In this document: positions 39,901 through 48,055 of the stretch, piece by piece
Position numbering within the stretch: position 1 is the first letter of the stretch
Layout of the letters: each line of letters opens with the position of its first letter
IMG/VR virus record: IMGVR_UViG_3300025387_000009
Source: a virus
Taxonomy: Duplodnaviria; Caudoviricetes
Direction: 5' to 3' (one strand)
Length of the DNA stretch: 64,000 nt
The notes under the pieces: generated by a model
The model's input: only the letters and a program-made list of their open reading frames with translations
What the model was told of the DNA's origin: nothing
Database searches by the model: none
Translations under genes and position numbers: made by a program

Positions 39901-41145
39901 TTATCATTATACATATTGGATGCAAATGGTGTTCTTTGGGCGAGTGGTATAAACAACTATGGAAACTTAGGCAACGGCGGAACCGAAAATGAGACCATAA
40001 TGAATAAGATTTATTTTGGTGGTTCGGATGGAAGCACCAATCAACAAAGAGCAGTTGTTAAATTCTCAGTAAATAAATCAGTAGATCAAGCTTCTTATAT
40101 AACATGTTTAGCAGTTACAGCAGATGGAAAACTATGGACATGGGGCAATAACAGCTATGGTTCATTAGGCATTGGAACTGCTGATGGTTCGGCACATTCA
40201 ACGCCAACAAACATAACTCTCAGTAATACTAGCGGAATAAAGCAGATTTTAAATACTGCTGATTCAAGTAATACAAATAGTTCTTTCGTATTATTCAATG
40301 ATGGAACTGTTCAATCCTGTGGTTGGAATAACTACGGAGAACTCGGAAGAGGTGCTGGTACTAATTTCTATACATTTGGATCTGTTTTAAGTGGAGTTGG
40401 AACACCAATTGGCAACGTTAAAAAAGTTTATGGTAGCACAGGTGGTGTATCAGGAACGGGTGCAACATATTTCCTTTGCAACGATGGTACATTATGGTCA
40501 ACTGGATATAACGGTATAGGTGCACTGGGATTAGGAACTAGTGGTCATGCTGATACAACAAATAGAAATTATGCAACCAAAATTACGTCTCTCAGTAATA
40601 TAGTTAATTTCTGGACATTTAATAGAATAGGCGATTATGCTTTCTGCCTTGCATATGATTCATATGGTAACTTATGGAGTTGGGGCAGAAACGATTGGGG
40701 TCAATTAGGTATCGGCTCAACTGACGGCAGTGCTCATAGCATACCAACAACGGTTCATTCTCCGGTATATCAAACCTCAAGAACTGGTTTTGCAAGTGTA
40801 CCAAACTGGTCATGGTCGGCAGGTTTAATAAAAGATATTGCAATAGCTGATGGTGCATGGGCTATGGCAACAACTGACGGAAGAGTATTCACTTGCGGGT
40901 ACAGCGGTTGGGGTGGTTTAGGTGGCGATTCTGAAGAAAATTACTTATCAACGCCTACTCAAATTAAATTACCAAAGCAAAATGCTCAATCAGTATCACT
41001 TGTAGGTTATGCAAATCAACTTTTCCTACAAATTATAACTCAAGAAGGAAGAGTCTACATGTGTGGTATGAATAACTATGGTCAACTTGGTACTGGGGAT
41101 TCACAAGACGTTTATTATATACCAACCGAAACATATAGATACTAA
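36952..41145 (+). CDS. Fibre protein with GNVGIGT modules, two Gly/Cys beta-roll arrays and a C-terminal RCC1-like propeller
   Basis: 1397 aa. Repeats such as DGKLWTWGNNSYGSLGIG, DGTVQSCGWNNYGELG, GNLWSWGRNDWGQLGIG, GRVYMCGMNNYGQLG. Confidence 0.8.
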   Translation: MRPNSKYHRQNHHTYAHATNPDSSHDPIASFTAPFYGDFVLQGGLSAIVPSTSAYAAAFIGGNVGIGTANPNQQLTVIGNVSATGNQYTNGNLTVNNIIANNITASGNLSLSGNSTIQGSQTISGLVSGGGGLQIQAPLNGAAAIFKGGNVGINNTSPNYPLQVKGDAWIDGNLWLTKNLNLSGTIVDHTTLQLSSNGLDLINYGTRTTLFTRQDGFQPVIVSQVTNPITNQPLTAFYVDGLATGGYVGIGGTTTPNWHLAVQGSISASGNVFVPILSCNSIDLTSEMHPDGRNPSIFIGEYNLSNTSPQSGVKMIYDKQSDTFYIQNIQGNIQPLTALSVNQNGWVGVNTAFPTTNFTVNGAISASCTLIVGYNNSIGSGKYAAVVGGCNNSSTANYSSVLGGACNTSSGCYSVVVNGYCNQATGKYTIVGGGYCNCATGDCSNVSAGYCNKATVGFSSVVAGFSSCAICTHANILGGYLNTASGYHANILGGNNNTSSGTCSNILGGFCNVASGNHSSVVIGQCNTASGCQTTVVAGNCNTASGNYSFIAGGSANNTNNQTNTYVLGTAITATRSHFTYVNNLSSQGYVYGNYIGNGSNLTGVLASGSFFTTGTSLSSLQYVYGSNCACANFSSIFGGKNNTISSGGTNSSITGGVRNTASANYTHISGGCCNTASNSFSNVNGGGSNCAGAYGSNISGGCLNSISSSGSFSNISGGEQNCITGYDSNITGGCLNCVSGNRSVITGGQQNTASGNYSFIAGGVSNNTNNLPNTFILGSNITALSSNFTYVNNLSSTGDLYTQNIIIGKSLNVLGDLTSLSRAVINGQVRNIVVGSTGVGYTVAPTVTIDPPTDTNTNGKVNIQATAVANIDAFGHVIGITITNAGQGYLQHPNVTITGGNGAGATAYAFSDYSALPNSKGRGGQASTVMFWDGRLFSSGRSYYGSIPTGYYADLSIVNPVTITPTDAATPVARPVEFWQAGLSLYILDANGVLWASGINNYGNLGNGGTENETIMNKIYFGGSDGSTNQQRAVVKFSVNKSVDQASYITCLAVTADGKLWTWGNNSYGSLGIGTADGSAHSTPTNITLSNTSGIKQILNTADSSNTNSSFVLFNDGTVQSCGWNNYGELGRGAGTNFYTFGSVLSGVGTPIGNVKKVYGSTGGVSGTGATYFLCNDGTLWSTGYNGIGALGLGTSGHADTTNRNYATKITSLSNIVNFWTFNRIGDYAFCLAYDSYGNLWSWGRNDWGQLGIGSTDGSAHSIPTTVHSPVYQTSRTGFASVPNWSWSAGLIKDIAIADGAWAMATTDGRVFTCGYSGWGGLGGDSEENYLSTPTQIKLPKQNAQSVSLVGYANQLFLQIITQEGRVYMCGMNNYGQLGTGDSQDVYYIPTETYRY

Positions 41146-41159
41146 GGTAAATATACTAT

Positions 41160-44100
41160 ATGGCTGATAATGTTACTTCAGATAGAGTAAAACTAATTGT
41201 TGATTTAAATCAAGCAAACTCTCCTTTAGCAGGAAATGAAATTTTTGCCTTGGTTCAAGGTGGCATTACTAAAAAAGCAGCCATTTCAGATATTGGTTAT
41301 TATACTGAAACGCTTGATTATGCCAGTTGGGTGCAGAGCAATTCTTCAAGTTTTCTAACAATAGAGTCATTATCTGCTAATTGGAATTCCGTATTTAATT
41401 CGGTTTTTGCGACTTCTGGGAACTGGAATTCTGTATTCAATTCTGTTACCGCAACATCTGGTAATTGGAATTCTGTTTTTGCTACCGTTTGTGCTTTAAG
41501 TGGCAACTGGAACTCTGTTTATAGTGCATTTAATAACCAATCTGCATATAACACATCAGTTTATAATACTACAAATACTTTAAGTTCAAATTGGAGTTCT
41601 GTTTATAGTACATTTAATAATCAATCTGGATATGATGTTTCAGTTTATAATACTACTAAATCTTTAAGTGGTAATTGGAGTTCTGTTTACAGTACATTTA
41701 ATAATCAATCAGCTAATAATTCTAGTGTTTTTAATTATGTAAATTCAAATAGTGCAAATTGGAACAATATTAATTTCTTTGAAACTCAATCAGCTAATAA
41801 TTTATCTGTTTTTAGTTCAGTAAATTCCAATAGTGCAAACTGGAATAACATAAATTTCTTTGAGTCCCAATCAGCCAACAATGCTAGTGTTTTCAGTTCT
41901 GTAAATTCTAATTCAGCTAATTGGAATAACATAAATTTCTTTGAAACCCAATCAGCTAATAATTTATCTGTTTTTAGTTCAGTAAATTCCAATAGTGCAA
42001 ACTGGAATAATATAAATTTCTTTGAATCTCAGTCAGCTAACAATGCTAGTGTTTTCAGTTCGGTAAACTCAAATAGTGCTAATTGGAATTCAATATCCTT
42101 TTTACAAACTGCTAGTGCAAATAATGCTTCTGTTTACTCTTCGGTAAATTCAAATAGTGCCAACTGGAACAGTATATCTTTCTTGCAGTCTGCTAGTGCA
42201 AATAACGCATCAGTTTATAGCAATGTAAATTCTAATAGTTCTAACTGGAATAACATAAATTTCTTTGAATCTCAGTCAGCTAATAATTTATCTGTTTTTA
42301 GTTATGTAAATTCTAATTCTGCTAATTGGAATAATATTAATTTGTTTGAATCTCAGTCCGCTAACAATGCTAGTGTTTTCAGTTCTGTAAATTCAAATAG
42401 TGCTAATTGGAATAGTATATCTTTCTTACAATCATTATCAGCTAACGATCAATCGGTTTACAGTAGCGTGAGTTCTAATTCTGCTAACTGGAATAGCATA
42501 TCTTTCTTACAGGCTTTATCTGCTAATGATAAATCAGTTTACAGTTATGTAAACTCTAATAGTGCTAATTGGAATAGTATATCTTTCTTACAATCGGCTA
42601 GTGCAAATAATGCATCCGTATACAGTTCAGTAAATTCAAATTCAGCTAACTGGAATAGCATATCTTTCTTGCAGTCAGCTAGTGCTAATAATGCTAGCGT
42701 TTTTAGTTCAGTAAATTCAAATAGTGCTAATTGGTCTTCTATATCTTTCTTGCAAGGGTTATCTGCAAATAATCAATCGGTTTACAGTAATGTAAATTCA
42801 AATTCTGCCAATTGGAACAATATTAATTTCTTTGAACCTCAATCAGCAAACAACTTATCAGTTTATAGCCAAGTATCCTTACTTAGTAGTGGTTGGAGTG
42901 GTGGTGGTTCTGTTGCTACTACAGTTCAAACACAATCTGCTAACAATGCATCAGTTTACTCTTCAGTAAATTCAAACAGTGCTAATTGGAATACTATATC
43001 AGTTTTTCAAAATCAATCAGCAAATAATGCATCAGTTTTCTCTACTGTAAAGGCTCAATCATCAACAATTACTTGGGTAAACAATAATAGTGCATATTTA
43101 GTTGTAAATAATTTTCCTGCTGGTCAAACGCAATATTTATACGGTAATATAACAGTTTATGGTTCTATTTCGGCACAGGGTGGTATATCGAACCAAACAA
43201 ATAACGTTGGAACAACCAGTGCATTTAACGTTGTTAATAATAATGCTAATGTATATGCGGTAAATGTTCAACAAGCATCTGGCAGCAGTTTAGGTATAGC
43301 AACATTCTTTGACGGTTATCCTGCTCTATATGTGGGTAAAACAACAAACGCAGATGGTAGTGTTTATAATGGCGGTGTTGTTGGTATTAAAACATCAACA
43401 CCAAATAAAACATTAACTGTTTTAGGTGACATTTCAGCAAGCAACCAGATATGGGCAACAGCATTTAATGGCAATCTTAATGGCAATGCAGCAACAGTAA
43501 CAAATGGTGTCTATACAAATGGTTCTTATTCTTATCCATCTTGGATCACTAATATAGCAGATTCTATTATCACAGGTAACAATAGAAATAGTTGGGATAG
43601 TGCTTATTCGCAGGTTAATAATTTAAGTTCTAATTGGAATACAGGAAGTGGATTCCAAAGCCAATCAGCTAATAATGCATCCGTTTACACTAACGTAAAC
43701 TCCAATAGTGCTAACTGGAGTTCAATATCTTTCTTACAAGGTTTATCTGCTAATGATCAATCAGTTTATAGTAGTGTTAACTCAAATTCTGCTAATTGGA
43801 ACAGTATATCTTTCTTACAGGGGTTATCTGCTAATGATAAATCAGTTTATAGTAATGTAAATTCAAATTCCGCCATCTGGAACAGTATATCTTTCTTACA
43901 AGCTCTTTCTGCTAATGATCAATCTGTTTATAGTTCAGTAAATTCAAATTCGGCAAACTGGTCTTCCATATCCTTCTTACAATCAGCTAGTGCTAATAAT
44001 GCTTCTGTATTCAGCAATGTAAATTCAAATTCTGCTAACTGGAGTTCGGTTTACACACAAGTTAATAGTTTAAGTTCTGGTTGGAATAGCGCAGCTTCAA

Positions 44101-44717
44101 GTATATTATCAGGAGTTAGTGGAAATTGGCAATCAGCATATGTTACATTGTGTTCTTTAAGCGCAAACTGGTCTTCTATTTCTTTCTTACAATCTGCTAG
44201 TGCTAACAATGCATCAGTTTATAGTAATGTAAATTCTAATTCAGCTAACTGGAATAGCATATCTTTCTTGCAGTCAGCTAGTGCTAATAATGCTAGTGTA
44301 TTCAGTAATGTAAACTCTAATTCAGCTAACTGGAACAGTATATCCTTTTTACAATCAGCTAGTGCTAATAATGCTAGTGTATTCAGTAATGTAAACTCTA
44401 ATTCAGCTAACTGGAATTCTATTTCATTCTTGCAGTCTGCTAGTGCAAATAATGCATCAGTTTACAGCAAGGTTAATTCTGTTAGCGCAACATGGGGAAC
44501 AACAAACAAAGCAGTTTCAACAATAGGCGATGGTATTAATACAACATATGCATTTAAACATAATCTTAATACCCAAGATGTTATAACACAAGTTTATAAT
44601 ACTAGCACATTCACAGTTGGTATACCAACAATTGTTAACACAAGCACTTCAACCGTAACATTAACATTCAATTCACCGCCATCTCTTAATTCTTATAGAG
44701 TTGTGGTTATTGGATAA
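41160..44717 (+). CDS. Long coiled-coil fibre, mostly 27-aa SANW repeats
   Basis: 1185 aa, about 23 repeat units. N-terminal FALVQGGITKKAAI motif; C-terminal GDG...HNLNTQDVITQVY...LTFNSPP...YRVVVIG domain. Confidence 0.8.
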   Translation: MADNVTSDRVKLIVDLNQANSPLAGNEIFALVQGGITKKAAISDIGYYTETLDYASWVQSNSSSFLTIESLSANWNSVFNSVFATSGNWNSVFNSVTATSGNWNSVFATVCALSGNWNSVYSAFNNQSAYNTSVYNTTNTLSSNWSSVYSTFNNQSGYDVSVYNTTKSLSGNWSSVYSTFNNQSANNSSVFNYVNSNSANWNNINFFETQSANNLSVFSSVNSNSANWNNINFFESQSANNASVFSSVNSNSANWNNINFFETQSANNLSVFSSVNSNSANWNNINFFESQSANNASVFSSVNSNSANWNSISFLQTASANNASVYSSVNSNSANWNSISFLQSASANNASVYSNVNSNSSNWNNINFFESQSANNLSVFSYVNSNSANWNNINLFESQSANNASVFSSVNSNSANWNSISFLQSLSANDQSVYSSVSSNSANWNSISFLQALSANDKSVYSYVNSNSANWNSISFLQSASANNASVYSSVNSNSANWNSISFLQSASANNASVFSSVNSNSANWSSISFLQGLSANNQSVYSNVNSNSANWNNINFFEPQSANNLSVYSQVSLLSSGWSGGGSVATTVQTQSANNASVYSSVNSNSANWNTISVFQNQSANNASVFSTVKAQSSTITWVNNNSAYLVVNNFPAGQTQYLYGNITVYGSISAQGGISNQTNNVGTTSAFNVVNNNANVYAVNVQQASGSSLGIATFFDGYPALYVGKTTNADGSVYNGGVVGIKTSTPNKTLTVLGDISASNQIWATAFNGNLNGNAATVTNGVYTNGSYSYPSWITNIADSIITGNNRNSWDSAYSQVNNLSSNWNTGSGFQSQSANNASVYTNVNSNSANWSSISFLQGLSANDQSVYSSVNSNSANWNSISFLQGLSANDKSVYSNVNSNSAIWNSISFLQALSANDQSVYSSVNSNSANWSSISFLQSASANNASVFSNVNSNSANWSSVYTQVNSLSSGWNSAASSILSGVSGNWQSAYVTLCSLSANWSSISFLQSASANNASVYSNVNSNSANWNSISFLQSASANNASVFSNVNSNSANWNSISFLQSASANNASVFSNVNSNSANWNSISFLQSASANNASVYSKVNSVSATWGTTNKAVSTIGDGINTTYAFKHNLNTQDVITQVYNTSTFTVGIPTIVNTSTSTVTLTFNSPPSLNSYRVVVIG
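41740..42870 (+). repeat. Array of 14 consecutive 81-bp (27-aa) degenerate repeats
   Basis: Trp codons recur every 81 bp; two subtypes, NNINFFE(T/S/P)Q and (N/S)SISFLQxx. Confidence 0.9.
43690..44480 (+). repeat. Second array of 27-aa repeats (4+4 units); includes the 90-bp segment identical to 3402-3491
   Basis: Same periodicity; 43841-43930 is identical to 3402-3491. Confidence 0.85.
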
Positions 44718-44729
44718 ATATTATAGAAT

Positions 44730-47700
44730 ATGTCTGTAAACTACCTTGATAATTTATTAGTAAACGGAGCACTTAGTGCATCTGGCTCGTTAAGTGCTTC
44801 TAATTTTTTTGGAAACGGTTCTAATTTAACAAACCTTACTATTTCAATTCCATCTAGTGCAAATTGGAATACTTCATATAGTTGGCTTACATCAAATTCT
44901 GCTAATGCAACATTCACAAATTCGGTTAGCGCACCATCTATTAGTGCAAATAATTTATTTGTTAATAGTATAAATTCACAAGGGGCAGTAAATATGCCTT
45001 CTACCACTATTATACAAAATACTTCATCAACTGGTAATGCACTTCCGTTCGTTATCGCCGCATCAAGCAATTTATCTGTATATAACCAAATACAAAACTT
45101 ATATGGTGGATTGAGCGCAAGTACGGATTTTGTTCTTACTAATAATACAAGTCCCAATTCTTATAATAACGCAGCGAATTTAGGATCATATCTCGATATT
45201 GGTATTAATAGCAGCGCATATAATGGTAATGCATATAGTCCAGCATTCAATGTTGTCGGTCCTAATGATTCCTACATGTATTCAATTGGAGGAAACCTAG
45301 CAATCGGTACATCTACTAACAACAATCTGGTTTTCTTTACAGGTGGTACATTAAGTGCAAATGCAGCAATGGTTATTACCTCCACTGGTGCAGTTAGTGC
45401 TTCTAATTTTATCGGTAATGGAGCAAACTTAACTGGTATAGTTGCATCTAACGGAGTGTGTTTACAATCAAATAATTGTTTTATAGGAGGTGGATTTAAC
45501 AATTCATTATGCGGGACTGATTCGGTCGTTGTCGGCGGTGCTAATAATAAAGCATGCGCATGGCTTGCATCGGTTTTAGGTGGCAGTAACAATACGGCAT
45601 CTGGATATGCTTCAGTGGCAGTTGGCGGTCAGAATAATTGTTCATCAAATGGATTTACTTTTGTCGGTGGTGGATTTTCTAATAGTGCCACTGGTAACCG
45701 TTCAGCAATTTTAGCAGGTCAATGCAATACAGCATCTGGAAATTATTCTAACATAGGAGGCGGTTGCTGCAATACCGTTATTTTTAATAATTCTAACATA
45801 AACGGCGGCGTAGGTAATACAATGTCATGTTATGTTAATGGTGGTGGTGGCGTTGCATTAGCATCAACTAATACAATTAATGGTGGTTGCACAAACTTTA
45901 TCGGTTTAAGCACCTGTGGAAACGGTGCATCATATTTATATAATAATGTAATTGATGGTGGATCGTCCAACTGTATTACTGCTATTTCTAATGGTTCGCA
46001 ACATATTGCAACAACCTGCAATTCCTTTATTGGTGGTGGTACAGGTAATTGTTTGGCAGGGATTAATTCAAGTGTTCTTGGTGGTTCAACTAACACCTTA
46101 AGTGCAAATTGTGCATTTATTGCAGGGGGAACAAACAATGTTTCATGTGGATTTGATAATACCTTTATATTGGGATCTAATTTAACTGCATCACGTTCAA
46201 ATACAACATATGTTAATAATTTAAGTTCACAAGGTTATATTTACGGTAATGGTTCTAATTTAACTGGTATTTATGGTGTATGTCAAAGTGGAACCAATTT
46301 TATTGGTGGTGGAAGTGGTAATACAGCAACTGGAACTAATGTAACAGTAGCTGGTGGTTGCGGTAATAGTGCCAGCGGAAATTATACAACTGTAATAGGC
46401 GGCAAAGGTAATGTTGCTTGTGGTGGTAATTATGCTATAGCAGGTGGTTGCGGTTCTTGTGCATGCGGTAGTATCAGTATCGCTCTTGGGCTTATAAATA
46501 CCGCAACTGCACAGGGATCTGTTACAATCGGCGGTCAACAAAACTGTAATTGTGGTTGTTATTCTGCCATTTTAGGTGGTATTGGTAATAACACCAATAA
46601 TCAATCATGTGTATTTATTTTTGGACAATCAATTGTTGCTCCACAACCAAACTTTACATACGTAAACAATTTAAGTACAAATGGATCTATTTGCGGTACA
46701 TATTATGGCAACGGTTCAGGATTAAACAACGTTACTTCAATAAATGGCGTATGCCAAAGCGGAACTAACTTTATAGGCGGCGGTTCAGGTAATACAGCAT
46801 CTGGTGCATATTCTATTACCATAGGTGGCAAAACTAATGCAAATCAAGGCGTTCAATCTTTAATCGCTAGTGGTTCGGCTAATAATATTTGTACCTCAAA
46901 CGGTCCAGTCTATCTTTCTGATATTATCGGTGGTCAGTGCAATACCATAAGTGGATATTCTTTAGTTTATCAATCCACTATTTTAAATGGATGTTGCAAT
47001 ATTATATATCCTTGGATTACAGGTGGCGGTGGTGGTAAGATTTATAATTCTACTATTTTAAATGGTTCTCGCAATTCATTTGCAACTTGTAATTACCCGT
47101 CAGTTTTATGTAGTTCGTTTATCGGTGTAGGTGATTGCAACTGTATTATAGGTTATGGTTCTAGTTGCTATAATTTTATCGGTTCAGGTATTCGTAATTC
47201 GATAGGAACAAATTCTGGATATTGCACAACCCAAAGTTCATTCATTATAAGTGGATCTGGAAATTGTATCTATAATTCAGGATTTAATGGTATATTAGGT
47301 GGTTGCGGAAACATTTTAAATGCATGCAATAGCTTCATTATCGGTTCTAATATAAATGGAAGCCAACAAGGTTATACCTATGTAAATAATTTAAGTTCAC
47401 AGGGTGCTGTAGCAGGTGCGTCAGTAAGTGCTGTTAATTTCTTTGGTACTGGTAATCAGGTAATCTTATCTGATGGTTATACACTTAATAATGTAAACGG
47501 AAACGGCGCAAGCACATTATCAATGAATTTTGCTAATGGTGTTTATGTTGGATTAAGTGGTTCAAATCCTATATATGCATTGGGTGTTCCTCAATATGTA
47601 ACATTACAATCAACTGCCTCTTCAATTAACTCAGGTATGCCATATTTCTATAATGGCTTCCCACAGGCTGATTATTTAACATCTGCTGCGCAGTATGAAA

Positions 47701-48047
47701 TCGAATATGTTTTATACTATCAGAAAAATACAGCAGGAACTGTTACTTATCAATTATCTTCTGCTAACACGATTGCGTTTATTTCTTCTAATTATATACA
47801 AACAGCAGTAGGAGGCATAACACCAAATGGTGCGACATCTAATGCTGCTGCTCTTTCTGCTTTCAGTAACGGCGTAAGCTTACCAGCAACCGGATCACTT
47901 ACAGCTGGCGCAAGCGCAAATGCAATAATTAAAGCTTATTTCCAGACATCAGTATCTGCTACCAATCTAGTTCTTAATATAATTGATAGTGCTGGAAATA
48001 TTACTCCGTTACAGGGAAGCTATAGAAAAGTTACTAGAATTTCATAA
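44730..48047 (+). CDS. Fibre/adhesin with three Cys-rich GGxxN beta-roll arrays
   Basis: 1105 aa. Three arrays, each ending in TYVNNLS(S/T)(Q/N)G; the N-terminal module is homologous to the C-terminal part of 2986..5460. Confidence 0.75.
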   Translation: MSVNYLDNLLVNGALSASGSLSASNFFGNGSNLTNLTISIPSSANWNTSYSWLTSNSANATFTNSVSAPSISANNLFVNSINSQGAVNMPSTTIIQNTSSTGNALPFVIAASSNLSVYNQIQNLYGGLSASTDFVLTNNTSPNSYNNAANLGSYLDIGINSSAYNGNAYSPAFNVVGPNDSYMYSIGGNLAIGTSTNNNLVFFTGGTLSANAAMVITSTGAVSASNFIGNGANLTGIVASNGVCLQSNNCFIGGGFNNSLCGTDSVVVGGANNKACAWLASVLGGSNNTASGYASVAVGGQNNCSSNGFTFVGGGFSNSATGNRSAILAGQCNTASGNYSNIGGGCCNTVIFNNSNINGGVGNTMSCYVNGGGGVALASTNTINGGCTNFIGLSTCGNGASYLYNNVIDGGSSNCITAISNGSQHIATTCNSFIGGGTGNCLAGINSSVLGGSTNTLSANCAFIAGGTNNVSCGFDNTFILGSNLTASRSNTTYVNNLSSQGYIYGNGSNLTGIYGVCQSGTNFIGGGSGNTATGTNVTVAGGCGNSASGNYTTVIGGKGNVACGGNYAIAGGCGSCACGSISIALGLINTATAQGSVTIGGQQNCNCGCYSAILGGIGNNTNNQSCVFIFGQSIVAPQPNFTYVNNLSTNGSICGTYYGNGSGLNNVTSINGVCQSGTNFIGGGSGNTASGAYSITIGGKTNANQGVQSLIASGSANNICTSNGPVYLSDIIGGQCNTISGYSLVYQSTILNGCCNIIYPWITGGGGGKIYNSTILNGSRNSFATCNYPSVLCSSFIGVGDCNCIIGYGSSCYNFIGSGIRNSIGTNSGYCTTQSSFIISGSGNCIYNSGFNGILGGCGNILNACNSFIIGSNINGSQQGYTYVNNLSSQGAVAGASVSAVNFFGTGNQVILSDGYTLNNVNGNGASTLSMNFANGVYVGLSGSNPIYALGVPQYVTLQSTASSINSGMPYFYNGFPQADYLTSAAQYEIEYVLYYQKNTAGTVTYQLSSANTIAFISSNYIQTAVGGITPNGATSNAAALSAFSNGVSLPATGSLTAGASANAIIKAYFQTSVSATNLVLNIIDSAGNITPLQGSYRKVTRIS

Positions 48048-48055
48048 GTAGCTTT

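Noticed and set aside
410-43930. Near-identical segment pairs as DGR template/variable repeats
   Set aside because: Mismatches are not adenine-specific, copies lie mid-gene in stalk regions, and there is no reverse transcriptase in the window
41740-44480. 81-bp periodic repeats as a CRISPR array
   Set aside because: In-frame coding repeats with synonymous variation, no unique spacers and no cas genes
41160-44717. Abundant N-x-S/T sequons (NAS, NLS, NQS, NWS) as evidence of N-glycosylation
   Set aside because: Expected from the extreme Asn/Ser composition, often replaced by D-x-S in sister repeats, and no HMW1C/GT41-type enzyme seen; not usable as evidence without MS
967-46541. Short antisense or alternate-frame ORFs inside fibre genes (e.g. 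967..1200, 6999..7202, 9024..9233, 45272..45592, 45830..46138)
   Set aside because: Pro-rich shadows of Gly-rich codons on the opposite strand, fully nested in long ORFs, with no independent signals
38050-47400. Cys/Gly/Thr repeats as antifreeze or ice-binding proteins
   Set aside because: No regular TxT/TCT ice-binding ladder; the repeats fit adhesin beta-rolls better
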